A DNA stretch of 64,000 bases from NCBI GenBank assembly GCA_963667625.1, contig OY763921.1, positions 802,241-866,240 on the forward strand. Direction: 5' to 3'. Origin of the DNA: Thermodesulfobacteriota bacterium (GTDB lineage Bacteria > Desulfobacterota_D > UBA1144 > Nemesobacterales > Nemesobacteraceae). The position numbers and the translations under genes were made by a program. Numbering within the stretch: the first letter of the stretch is position 1; each line of letters begins with the position of its first letter. Positions 16,896 to 29,835 of the stretch are shown one piece after another. The notes beneath the pieces are model-generated. The model was given only the letters and a program-made list of their open reading frames with translations, made no database searches and was not told the DNA's origin.

Positions 16896-18107
16896 TCAGC
16901 CGAAAGTGGGCAATCCTCCCAAGGAGCCGCTGCGGTACTGTTTCTGAAGGCTTCCGCCGCGTCGCAGACCTTGGACGTTGCGTAACCCGTATGCGCGCGT
17001 AACGCCGCCGAGATCCTTCTCGACTATGTACACTTCTTCCTTTTCCAGGTCGTCAAGTATGGCCGGGTTATGTAACGAGCAGATCAACTGGGCATTGTTC
17101 GGATTGGTTTCTTTTCTTCGGAACCAGTTGAGGATCTCCAGCACGAGTTCCGTGTGAAAGTCGGAGTCAAGCGAATCCATGATTGCCAGGCCTCCTGTTT
17201 CGAGAACATAGTTAATCAGAGGGAATATGCGTGCCAGATTGCGCGTACCTGCTGACTCAGCCTCAAGTACGACAGGTACGTCCAGCCCCTGATGTTTGAA
17301 AATCATCATCCATTGGGCATCCGAAATTTGTGATATATCCAGGTATTCAATTCCAAGGTCAAAACGTTGCAGCTTTTCGGAAATTTTGTTCACAAGTTCG
17401 GGATTCTCTCTATATGCGCGAATTACCGCATCCGTGTCTGGACGCCACGGGTCGGCGCCCGCAACATTGGTTGATATGTTACGCAGGTCCTGAGCCAATT
17501 TGGGAAAGGGTTCCACCCCCATTCTGTCAAAAGCCGAGATTGCCGAAGCTTCAGACGGAACGGCAGACAGGCGATTGTCACTTGGGCTTACCTTCAACTC
17601 CCTTGCCACATAGATCGGCTTGCCTGGTTCTCTCTCAAGGAGGCGCCGGGAGCGACCCTTGGGAAAGGAATAAATAGATTCGTATTTGACGCCGGGATTT
17701 GCGGCGTTTAAACCGTTCCTGTGAACCTCAAGAACATATCGGTAAAGAGAACCTGTATCACCTATGTTGGGACCAAACCACTTCGTGTCAAATTCCAGAC
17801 CGATTCTAGTAGGCCGGGTTATCATTTCCTGCTCTAGAAACGGGATAAATGACTTGACCGTATTAGAGCCCGAATCATAATAGGAATTTGCGGCGAAGGA
17901 CATGGTTGCGACCAAGGAACGCAGCAGGGTTGTCTTTCCCGAACCGTTGGGTCCGAACATAGCGATTACGCTTGGAAGGCGAATTTCCGGCTGATATGGA
18001 TTCCTCCGGAAACAATCTAATTCAGGGGTTGTGCCGGGGATGCGGAAATCAAGCGATATTTCTTCCCTGACGGATTGGAAATTGGATACCTGAAATTTAT
18101 GTATCAT
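16896..18107 (-). CDS. AAA_21/ABC-type ATPase, AbiLi-like (also OLD/PARIS-AriA-like); track ORF extends to 18218 but the Met at 18107 (MIHKFQVSNFQS...) is the likely start
   Basis: Walker A FGPNGSGKTTLLRSL. The typical AAA_21 N-terminus has the shape I..L.I.NF.S. A D-rich Walker B region is present (LAIMDSLDSDFH). Confidence 0.7.
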   Translation of the reverse strand: MIHKFQVSNFQSVREEISLDFRIPGTTPELDCFRRNPYQPEIRLPSVIAMFGPNGSGKTTLLRSLVATMSFAANSYYDSGSNTVKSFIPFLEQEMITRPTRIGLEFDTKWFGPNIGDTGSLYRYVLEVHRNGLNAANPGVKYESIYSFPKGRSRRLLEREPGKPIYVARELKVSPSDNRLSAVPSEASAISAFDRMGVEPFPKLAQDLRNISTNVAGADPWRPDTDAVIRAYRENPELVNKISEKLQRFDLGIEYLDISQISDAQWMMIFKHQGLDVPVVLEAESAGTRNLARIFPLINYVLETGGLAIMDSLDSDFHTELVLEILNWFRRKETNPNNAQLICSLHNPAILDDLEKEEVYIVEKDLGGVTRAYGLRNVQGLRRGGSLQKQYRSGSLGGLPTFG

Positions 18108-18384
18108 AAAGCTATCTCTACAAATATTTGTTATATAGAAATGATAATACCCTAAAACGAAGCAGTCAAGAATAGTTTTTAGCAAAAAAATATTCTGTGT
18201 TTCTTGCTGCTTTGACAAACAGGTTCAGTCGTATTGGAGGAGAAAAGATCTAGGTCGCGATTTTACGGGCAGGTTAAATTCTCGCATAACGGTTTTCGGC
18301 TGGATGATCAATGGAAGCAATGGTTGCTGAGCAAGAGTTGGTAATTTGCGCGGATAATTTATAATAGACGGAAGGATAGAGTTA

Positions 18385-19353
18385 ATGATACATCCAAGAC
18401 AGGCCGTAAGCGGCACATTAAAATATTTCTACATCAAGGCCACCGGAAGGCCGAAGCTCCTTAATCTTGAGATAACAAAGCTTTGCAACGCCCGCTGCGA
18501 TTTCTGCGACTACTGGCAGACAAAACACGAAGAGCGCCTTTCCGACTACACTCCGGTAATAAAGAAGATAAATCCCCTCGTCACGGTTATCACGGGCGGG
18601 GAACCCATGATCAGAAAGGATCTTCCCGATATCGTGAGGCAGGTAAAGGGGTGCTCGATATTCATTTTCACTTCCATGGTCACCAAGGGAGATTTCCTTA
18701 CCGAGGAGAAAACCGAAGAGCTTTTTGATGCGGGGATGGATCAGATTGCCGTTTCCCTTGATTTCCCCGGCGAAAAGCACGATACCTACAGGGGCATTCC
18801 GGGCCTCTGGAAAAAACTGTCAGAAACCCTGCCGGAACTGGCGGAGCGGTTTCCTGACAAAAGCCTCGTGCTTAACACCATAATAATGGAAGATAACCTC
18901 GATGAGGTGGTCGACATAGCGAAGAAGGCTAGGGAGTGGGGCATAGCAATCTCCTTCAGTTCCTACTCGGTCATGAAGACCAACAACGAAGACCATTTCG
19001 TGAAAAAGGAAGCCCTCTCGAAGGTAAAGGACCTTGTCGAGGAACTGATTGCGCTTCGAAAGGAGTGGAAGGGAACGATACTCTCGACTGAGTACTACCT
19101 GAAGGAAATTCCGGGTTATTTCGAGAAGGGAAGCGTTCCCGACTGCCTGGCCGGAATCAATCAGATACACGTTACCCCGAGCGGTCACTTAAAACGCTGC
19201 TCTGAGATGCCCGTAGCTGCCCACTACAGCGATTACAAGCCGGATCTTTACGGTAAAACCAAGTGCACTTCCTGCTGGTACAGTTGCAGGGGGGAGACCC
19301 AGAGCCCGGCGAACGTCAAAAGGGCCATGGAATATATGGGAATCTATATCTAG
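18385..19353 (+). CDS. Radical SAM protein with a Cys-rich C-terminal (partial SPASM/twitch-like) extension; substrate unknown
   Basis: The CxxxCxxC motif CNARCDFC follows LNLEITKLC. The C-terminal cysteines are C...CTSCWYSC. Divergent from the ATPase/RloB pair. Confidence 0.75.
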   Translation: MIHPRQAVSGTLKYFYIKATGRPKLLNLEITKLCNARCDFCDYWQTKHEERLSDYTPVIKKINPLVTVITGGEPMIRKDLPDIVRQVKGCSIFIFTSMVTKGDFLTEEKTEELFDAGMDQIAVSLDFPGEKHDTYRGIPGLWKKLSETLPELAERFPDKSLVLNTIIMEDNLDEVVDIAKKAREWGIAISFSSYSVMKTNNEDHFVKKEALSKVKDLVEELIALRKEWKGTILSTEYYLKEIPGYFEKGSVPDCLAGINQIHVTPSGHLKRCSEMPVAAHYSDYKPDLYGKTKCTSCWYSCRGETQSPANVKRAMEYMGIYI

Positions 19354-20795
19354 GTTCTCTGCGCTTTCCAGTCGGTGCCGCCCGGGCGGTCTTCAAGCAC
19401 GATTCCCTTGGAGCTTAGGTAGTCCCTTATTTCATCGGCCTTCTTCCAGTTCTTATCCTTTCTGGCCGAGTTTCTCTCTTCTATGAGCTTTTCTATTTCC
19501 AGGGGGTCTATGTCTGAGAGATTTGCGGCGGACTTTCTTTTTTCCATGTACTCGGCCGGTTCCTCTGAGAGCACTCCGAGCACTCCGCATATCTCCTTTA
19601 TTTTCTCAAGGGCAAGCGTCGCGCTTTGAGTTTTTCCCACAGAGTCAAGCGACCTGTTAATTGAGCGTATCAGGTCAAAGAGATTTCCCACCACGTCAGC
19701 GGTGTTAAAGTTATCGCTCATCGAGGAGTGAAAATCCTCCTCGAATTTCCTAATCGAACCCTCAAGTGCTGGATCGGAACCCTTTGCCTCCCGAGCATCG
19801 GCGGCTCTCAGCAGGGTGAGGTATATCCTCTCAAGCGCTGCCTCGCTGTCGTGCATGCTTTTCTCCGAGAAATCGGCCGGGTTCTGGTAGTGGTGTGAGA
19901 GGAAGAAAAGCCTTATGGCCTCCGGGGACCATCTCTTCGTCGCTTCGGACAGGGTAAAGAAGTTCCCCAGGGACTTTGACATCTTCTCCTTGTTTATTCT
20001 TATCAGGCCGTTATGAAGCCAGTACTTCGCAAATGGCTCTCCGGAAGCGGCCTCTGACTGGGCTATCTCGTTTTCGTGGTGCGGGAAGATAAGGTCCTTT
20101 CCCCCTCCGTGTATCTCGAAGTTCGTTCCCAGATACTCCATGCTCATAACGGAGCACTCTATGTGCCATCCGGGCCTCCCGTCTCCCCACGGGCTTTTCC
20201 AGGCCGGCTCACCGGGTTTTGACTCTTTCCAGAGCGCGAAATCAAGAGGGTCTTCCTTTTCTTCGTTAACGTCTATCCTCACGCCTTCAAGCATGTGATC
20301 AAGCGACCTGCAGGAGAGTTTTCCGTAGCCCGGGAATTTTCTCACGGAGAAAAAGACATTGTTTCCCGAGCGGTAGGCAAAGCCTTTTTCCATTATTTTC
20401 TCTATGAGCGCTATTATCTGCTCTAGATGCTCGGTTACCCGGGGCTCTACATCGGGAGTCTGCACCCCTATGGAGGCCATGTCCTCTCTGTATTCCTTTA
20501 TGTACTTCTCTGAAATCTCATCGCAGCTTACCCCTTCCTGGTTTGAACGAGTTATTATCTTGTCGTCTATGTCTGTGTAGTTCCTCGCGAACAGCACGTC
20601 GTAGCCAGCGTATCTAAGAAATCTCTGTATCACGTCAAAAGACACAGCGGAACGTGCGTGTCCCAGGTGGGCTGAGTCATATACCGTGGGACCGCATACG
20701 TACATACGGATCTTGTTTCCTTCAAAGGGGACGAGATCTTCTTTTTTCTGCGAGAGGGAATTATAGATCTTTATTCTGGGAGGTTCTTTTTGCAT
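19350..20795 (-). CDS. cysS: Cysteine--tRNA ligase
   Basis: HIGH-type motif HLGHARS, KMSKS motif KMSKSLGN, and the zinc-binding Cys in the N-terminus. Confidence 0.9.
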   Translation of the reverse strand: MQKEPPRIKIYNSLSQKKEDLVPFEGNKIRMYVCGPTVYDSAHLGHARSAVSFDVIQRFLRYAGYDVLFARNYTDIDDKIITRSNQEGVSCDEISEKYIKEYREDMASIGVQTPDVEPRVTEHLEQIIALIEKIMEKGFAYRSGNNVFFSVRKFPGYGKLSCRSLDHMLEGVRIDVNEEKEDPLDFALWKESKPGEPAWKSPWGDGRPGWHIECSVMSMEYLGTNFEIHGGGKDLIFPHHENEIAQSEAASGEPFAKYWLHNGLIRINKEKMSKSLGNFFTLSEATKRWSPEAIRLFFLSHHYQNPADFSEKSMHDSEAALERIYLTLLRAADAREAKGSDPALEGSIRKFEEDFHSSMSDNFNTADVVGNLFDLIRSINRSLDSVGKTQSATLALEKIKEICGVLGVLSEEPAEYMEKRKSAANLSDIDPLEIEKLIEERNSARKDKNWKKADEIRDYLSSKGIVLEDRPGGTDWKAQRT

Positions 20796-21076
20796 GTTTT
20801 CGGGGAGATTGAAACGGGGTTTCCTTGTCCCGCGGTGTTTTTCGAAAGGAAGATTTTACGTACTCGTTTCCTAAATTCAAGGGTAGAGCGCCTGCGCGCA
20901 AGGCGATCGGGAATCTTTTCTTGGAATCCGGGGAAAGATTGCGGATCGCTACTACGGACCTGAAGTTTTTTCTTTGAAATGAAAAAAAGCCCTTGCCAAA
21001 CTAAAGTTCTCCGTTACTATGATGGCTCACCTTAATTTTTCACTTGGAATTTGTTTTGTTTTCTTGTTCTTTCAGG

Positions 21077-21105
21077 TTGACAATTTCCGGTGAGGAAGTA
21101 AGCTA
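21077..21105 (+). promoter_or_regulatory. Possible rRNA operon promoter (TTGACA at 21077-21082 with a weak -10 about 16-17 bp downstream)
   Basis: The hexamer TTGACA lies about 115 bp upstream of the 16S 5' end. The -10 element is poor. Confidence 0.25.
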
Positions 21106-21194
21106 TTTTACCCATTTTGAAAACTGATCTTTGAAAATTTAATAGCAGATGATAGCGGGCGAACTAGAGCAGTATCCGTAAATTCTTTTAAACT

Positions 21195-22733
<1,539 letters not shown>

Positions 22734-22808
22734 TTCACGGAGATATCTGTCTTTTTTTCGCTCGCCATCTGCTTTTTATAAAAAAGTATTTGCGCTTATA
22801 AGGCAACG

Positions 22809-22885
<77 letters not shown>

Positions 22886-22888
22886 CTA

Positions 22889-22961
22889 GGGGGTGTAGCT
22901 CAGTTGGGAGAGCGCCTGCTTTGCAAGCAGGAGGTCGACGGTTCGAGCCCGTTCACCTCCA
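22889..22961 (+). tRNA. tRNA-Ala (anticodon TGC) with the G3:U70 identity pair; CCA not encoded
   Basis: GGGGGTGTAGCTCAGTTGGGAGAGCGCCTGCTTTGCAAGCAGGAGGTCGACGGTTCGAGCCCGTTCACCTCCA. Confidence 0.9.
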
Positions 22962-22998
22962 TAGAAGAAGAATTTTTGAATGCTTTTTTGATCTTTGA

Positions 22999-23018
22999 CA
23001 ACTGAATATAACGCTGAG
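22999..23018. repeat. 5' half of the 23S processing stem (pairs with 26059-26078)
   Basis: caactgaatataacgctgag is the perfect reverse complement of ctcagcgttatattcagttg at 26059-26078. Confidence 0.7.
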
Positions 23019-23064
23019 AAACAGAATTGATCGTGTTGTTAGTATTATCGAGGATTTTCATGCC

Positions 23065-26018
<2,954 letters not shown>

Positions 26019-26058
26019 GGCTTGAAAATTCTCGATACCAACACAACACACAATTTTT

Positions 26059-26078
26059 CTCAGCGTTATATTCAGTTG
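26059..26078. repeat. 3' half of the 23S processing stem
   Basis: See 22999-23018. The 20-bp perfect complementarity brackets the whole 23S, as expected for an RNase III processing stem. Confidence 0.7.
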
Positions 26079-26225
26079 CCAGAGGTCTTTTCCAAACTTG
26101 AGGGTTGCTTCTCTTTATGGAAGGAAGAGACTCTCGTTTAAATATTTTCTTAACAAAGTTCTTGACATATTGAAGCCTTTTGTGGTATTTTTACAAGCAA
26201 AGGTTTTCAAGGCCTTTTGAATTTA

Positions 26226-26255
26226 ATGTTCCTTAACTGTAGTTAAGGAACATTA
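26226..26255. repeat. Perfect palindrome (14-bp arms aatgttccttaact / agttaaggaacatt) about 200 bp downstream of the 23S
   Basis: Seen directly. A related half-site, ctacagttaaggaacac, recurs at 28224-28240. Confidence 0.6.
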
Positions 26256-26518
26256 AACTGGCTTTCCATCCGTCAGTTGTTTGATTTCCGGTTCTTAACT
26301 TCCAGTTTCAGATAGTTTGGCCTTCTGGAAGCCAACTCCTCCGTATTCCTTGGCAGCATTTATGCCTGTAATCAGATGATTACGATACGCTCAGCGCAGA
26401 ACGTTAATTTTCTGTGGACAGTTCCTTAGTAGAATCTGCTCCCTAAACTAAAAGCGCGACAACCGGTGTTACCCAGAAGTCGCGCTTGGTTTAACTAATC
26501 CTCTCTCTAGGATTGATT

Positions 26519-26960
26519 TTAGTTGCACGCCGCGTTAGTCGTGGCAATGGTCTGTATGGCGTTCAGCCTAGCTTGCGAAGTTCCTCCTGCGGAAATGTCA
26601 GCGATCGGTCTTTTTACAGCTGTCGATCCTGTTCCCGTGGTATTGATAAGCATTCCTGCATCGCTAATCGAAAGATTAACAGTAGTACCTACCACATAAA
26701 GGGTATCTCCCATAGGATCAAAATCCGAAACAGTATCTAGGCCAGTATCTAAGCCGAAAGAAAAGCAATCATTACCAGCTCCGCCAGTTAGTGTATCATT
26801 ACCAGCTCCGCCAGTTAGTGTATCATTACCAGCTCCGCCGATTAATTCATCGTTGCCTGCTCCACCGTCCAAGGTGTCTTCACCTTCGCCGCCGTCGAGA
26901 TCATCATCTCCGGCTCCACCAACAAGCATGTCATCGCCAGCTCCGCCGTCAAGAGTATCA
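26519..26960 (-). pseudogene. C-terminal fragment of an RTX/hemolysin-type calcium-binding repeat protein, N-terminally truncated at a compositional junction
   Basis: Repeated GGAGNDTLT/GGxGxDxL nonapeptides. The ORF's apparent N-terminus (26960-26995) is just the antisense of the neighbouring high-GC HTH gene. Confidence 0.55.
26768..26848. repeat. 27-bp tandem DNA repeats (about 3 units, then degenerate) encoding the RTX nonapeptide repeats
   Basis: atcattaccagctccgccagttagtgt appears twice exactly, followed by a diverged third copy. Confidence 0.8.
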
Positions 26961-26962
26961 AC

Positions 26963-27175
26963 ATGGATGTTATCCCGCTTGCGAAGCTGGCCCAAGAGCT
27001 GGACATAGATCGGTCCACACTCAGGAAGTGGGTAAGGCGGCAGGGCCTTGAATCCATGCTTGCCCGCTTCCCGGAAACCCGCGGCCAGCTGGCATTAGCC
27101 TTCACCCCCGAGCAAGCCGGGAAGGTCATCAAGGCGCGGCAAGATGAAGGCTACGGCCGAAATGGGGTCACGTGA
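26963..27175 (+). CDS. Small helix-turn-helix DNA-binding protein (70 aa) in the high-GC alien block
   Basis: [24 protein letters not shown] has the pattern of an HTH. GC content is much higher than in the surroundings. Confidence 0.45.
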   Translation: MDVIPLAKLAQELDIDRSTLRKWVRRQGLESMLARFPETRGQLALAFTPEQAGKVIKARQDEGYGRNGVT

Positions 27176-27335
27176 ACCTATTAGCGGGGCGCGCTCACTC
27201 AAAATTGTGGCACCCCAGCGATATCAAAACCCCGCAACCCCCGTAGGGCAGGGGTCCCCGAACACGCCCGCGAAATCGTCCAGGCGGATCGGCCTGGGGA
27301 AAGCGCCCGAACGAAATCGGGGCGACAATCCGCTC

Positions 27336-28115
27336 TCAGAGCCCCAAGGGAGCACGGAGCACGAATTCGAGCCGGGTCTCTGACGGAATCTTGAGCTTGG
27401 TTCCCCTCGCCGCTGCCACGGCGATGCCCGTTCCGGCACCGACACCGGCACCAATCGCGGCACCTTTCTTGCCCCCGAAGATTCCTCCGATGACCGCCCC
27501 GCCGACGCCGCCGATTGCAGTGTTCCGAATCGTCTTGCGGCCTTTGCCTTCGCCTTGGAGTTCAGCGTAGTCCGTGGCCAGGTGATAGCTCCGCCCGTTC
27601 ACGGTAATGTCGTAAATCTTCAAGGCAACCTCATCGCTGCCTTTCAGTGCGCCGCTTTGCTCGACGCGCATCACCTGCACGGTGGCATCGGCATAGCGTG
27701 GGACCACAACCTGGCTGCCCACGACAATGGGATCGTCGATGCTCGCCCGGAAGCGTTCGCCGACTCCCGTAAGGTCGGCGTCGATCGAGTCAATCAGCCG
27801 AACCGTAATCAACGTCCCCGCCGGTACCGTGACGCCGGCCGGCGAGTGCGCCACTTGTCTTTGGACAGCTCTGGGGACTGGGGGAACTGCGGTCGGCGGC
27901 GGTGTTCCGAAACCAATCCCAGATACGTCCCCCACGGAATACGCTTGGACATTGCCGTCCGGCCCGATAAAGCGCACCGACCGAGCGTCACCACCAATGT
28001 AAGTTCCCTCGATAACGGTTCCGTTGTGGAGAATCAGTTGGTCCGCCAGTGTAGGACTGGCCAAGACCAGCAGCAAGTAGAATGAATGGACCAGCAGGAA
28101 GCGCATGCTTTTCAT
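27336..28115 (-). CDS. Secreted protein with a C-terminal glycine-zipper (Gly-zipper_Omp / Rick_17kDa-like) segment, 259 aa
   Basis: Signal peptide MKSMRFLLVHSFYLLLVLASPTLA. The C-terminal segment is GGVGGAVIGGIFGGKKGAAIGAGVGAGTGIAVAAA. The plus-strand ORFs in this region are antisense shadows of this gene. Confidence 0.5.
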   Translation of the reverse strand: MKSMRFLLVHSFYLLLVLASPTLADQLILHNGTVIEGTYIGGDARSVRFIGPDGNVQAYSVGDVSGIGFGTPPPTAVPPVPRAVQRQVAHSPAGVTVPAGTLITVRLIDSIDADLTGVGERFRASIDDPIVVGSQVVVPRYADATVQVMRVEQSGALKGSDEVALKIYDITVNGRSYHLATDYAELQGEGKGRKTIRNTAIGGVGGAVIGGIFGGKKGAAIGAGVGAGTGIAVAAARGTKLKIPSETRLEFVLRAPLGL

Positions 28116-28418
28116 CGTTGACCTCTTTGCGAATCGTCGCAGACACCATCATAACGGAAACGCGCCACGCACCGCCAGCCGGCCCAGCGGTTCGCTTGAC
28201 AGGCCCTCGTTAGGTATGCACAACTACAGTTAAGGAACACAGAAATTCCGCTCGTTAAGATTGAAAGTGCCGCTTCCGAGTCAGGGTGAACGTAGGAGTG
28301 TGGGCGTTGTGCCAATACTCGAAGAGCTATAGCCGTATTTATCCGCAGTTTTAGTAAAGTCTCGAAGCTCTGCCGCTGGGTACCGTGGCGCTTGGGTTGT
28401 ATCTCAGGTAAGCATCTT

Positions 28419-29498
28419 CTATCTTCCGTAACGTAGGCGAGCAACGGCATTACGCTCTGCAAGCTGATATTTTGCGTATCGGGCCGGCATCTGGGAAGAT
28501 TTCCAGCGGCCCGCTATCTGCATGTCGACAAGAGTAGCTCCGCCGACAGCCATGCTTTGCGCTGCGCCGACCCGTAGAGAATGGCCGCTTACTCCTTCTA
28601 TCCCGGCCTGCTGCGCTCTGGTTTTCAAAATGCGGCGTATGGATAAAGGGGACAGCGCTGTTTTTCCGACCAGGGATGTCTGGAGATTCCCGCGTGAAAC
28701 CCTGCGAAACAACGCACCGCTGCTCACCTTGCCAAACTGCATCCATGTTTTAATCCTGGCCATCGTTGGGTGCCCAAGGTAAAGAACAGTCCCTTTCCCC
28801 TCCTGGTCCGTCTTTGACCTGCGAATGTTGACCCGCCCGGAACCGTCAGCTTCTTCTGTAACGTCGCAGACAAGCAGTGCCGCCACCTCGGAAATCCTCA
28901 GCATGGCATCGGACATAAGTGATATTAAAGCCCCGTCCCGGATGCCCGTGAGAGAATCTGGATTGCTTAAGGCCAGGGCAACTATTTTTTCCGACTGCGT
29001 CCAGGTAATGCCGCGGGCCTGACCACGTCCTCGGTCCGCGCACCTGCGGCGGAATCCTTTTATTGCCGCGTCTGTGAGTCTGCCCACGGGAGATTCGCGT
29101 TCGCTGAGTTTTGCCATATAGGAAACCGCCGCTATTGCCATCTGGGCGGTTGCAGGAGCCTTGTCTTTGGTTTCCAGTGTCGCGATATAACGGGCAAGTG
29201 ACAGGTCGTTCAGTTTTTCCAGCAATAAGTCAACGGGCAGGGTTCCGTTGTTAATGCCCATAAACTCGCTGATCCGACGCAGAGATCCCCTGTAAGCCTT
29301 AAGCGTATTTTCTGATATGGATTCACTGACAAGATTTTTAAGGCTCTGTTCTATTTCGCCATTTGAAACTATTTCCGCACCTTTGCGGAAAACCGCAATC
29401 TCATCCGATACATGCTCGTCTTCTTCTCCCACACTTCCTCCGACCGATTCATTCGATTTCGCTACTTCTGATTCCTCACGCGAGTTTTGTTTTATCAT
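28419..29498 (-). CDS. Tyrosine-type site-specific recombinase / phage integrase family
   Basis: Catalytic residues seen in LRISE (Arg), GHSLRVGAA (His-x-x-Arg), AGRW (Arg) and PARYAKY (Tyr nucleophile). The N-terminal SAM-like domain has a core-binding-like fold. Confidence 0.85.
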   Translation of the reverse strand: MIKQNSREESEVAKSNESVGGSVGEEDEHVSDEIAVFRKGAEIVSNGEIEQSLKNLVSESISENTLKAYRGSLRRISEFMGINNGTLPVDLLLEKLNDLSLARYIATLETKDKAPATAQMAIAAVSYMAKLSERESPVGRLTDAAIKGFRRRCADRGRGQARGITWTQSEKIVALALSNPDSLTGIRDGALISLMSDAMLRISEVAALLVCDVTEEADGSGRVNIRRSKTDQEGKGTVLYLGHPTMARIKTWMQFGKVSSGALFRRVSRGNLQTSLVGKTALSPLSIRRILKTRAQQAGIEGVSGHSLRVGAAQSMAVGGATLVDMQIAGRWKSSQMPARYAKYQLAERNAVARLRYGR

Positions 29499-29835
29499 TT
29501 GGAACCTCCAGAGGCTTTCAAAAATCCTAACGTTTCCTAAGTAAAGAAATATGGCGACATATCATGCAACTGTATATTCCGACTGAGTTCGGACGCAGCC
29601 TCACTTTCAATTGGAATATGTCGTTTTGGAGTTTTCAAGACATCCGTCTGATTGAAACAGACAGCATGTATTCCGAGCGAGAGAAAATGCGAAATTATTC
29701 TTGCCTGGACAGGTTTACACGCGAGATTCCTTGAAAATGCTGTCAATCACGACAATACTTTTACGGTATGGGATGTAGAGATTCTCTGTTTTCAGGGAGC
29801 TTAAGATATTTAATTCTCTGAGGATAATATCTTGT

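Noticed and set aside
18385-19353. Radical SAM protein as a prokaryotic viperin (pVip)
   Set aside because: The CNxxCxFC motif is shared by many radical SAM enzymes. The Cys-rich SPASM/twitch-like C-terminus is not a viperin feature.
26019-26518. Search for a 5S rRNA gene downstream of the 23S
   Set aside because: No 5S-like sequence was recognisable. It is reported as an absence finding rather than a feature.
26768-26960. Regular 27-bp tandem repeats - considered a CRISPR-like array
   Set aside because: Repeats are contiguous with no spacers and encode in-frame RTX nonapeptides. No cas genes. Not CRISPR.
27555-28085. 176-aa plus-strand ORF and several others (27727-28002, 27809-27997) in the high-GC block
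   Set aside because: High-GC DNA produces long spurious ORFs in all frames. The minus-strand gene with a signal peptide and glycine zipper is the coherent one.
26242-28239. 12-bp exact repeat agttaaggaaca at 26242-26253 and 28228-28239 as att sites
   Set aside because: By itself a 12-mer match is expected by chance many times in 64 kb. It is kept only as a weak positional observation together with the palindrome, not as an established attL/attR pair.
29537-29746. 69-aa minus-strand ORF upstream of the integrase as a possible excisionase
   Set aside because: No HTH or excisionase-like motif. It lies in the divergent promoter region. Likely chance.
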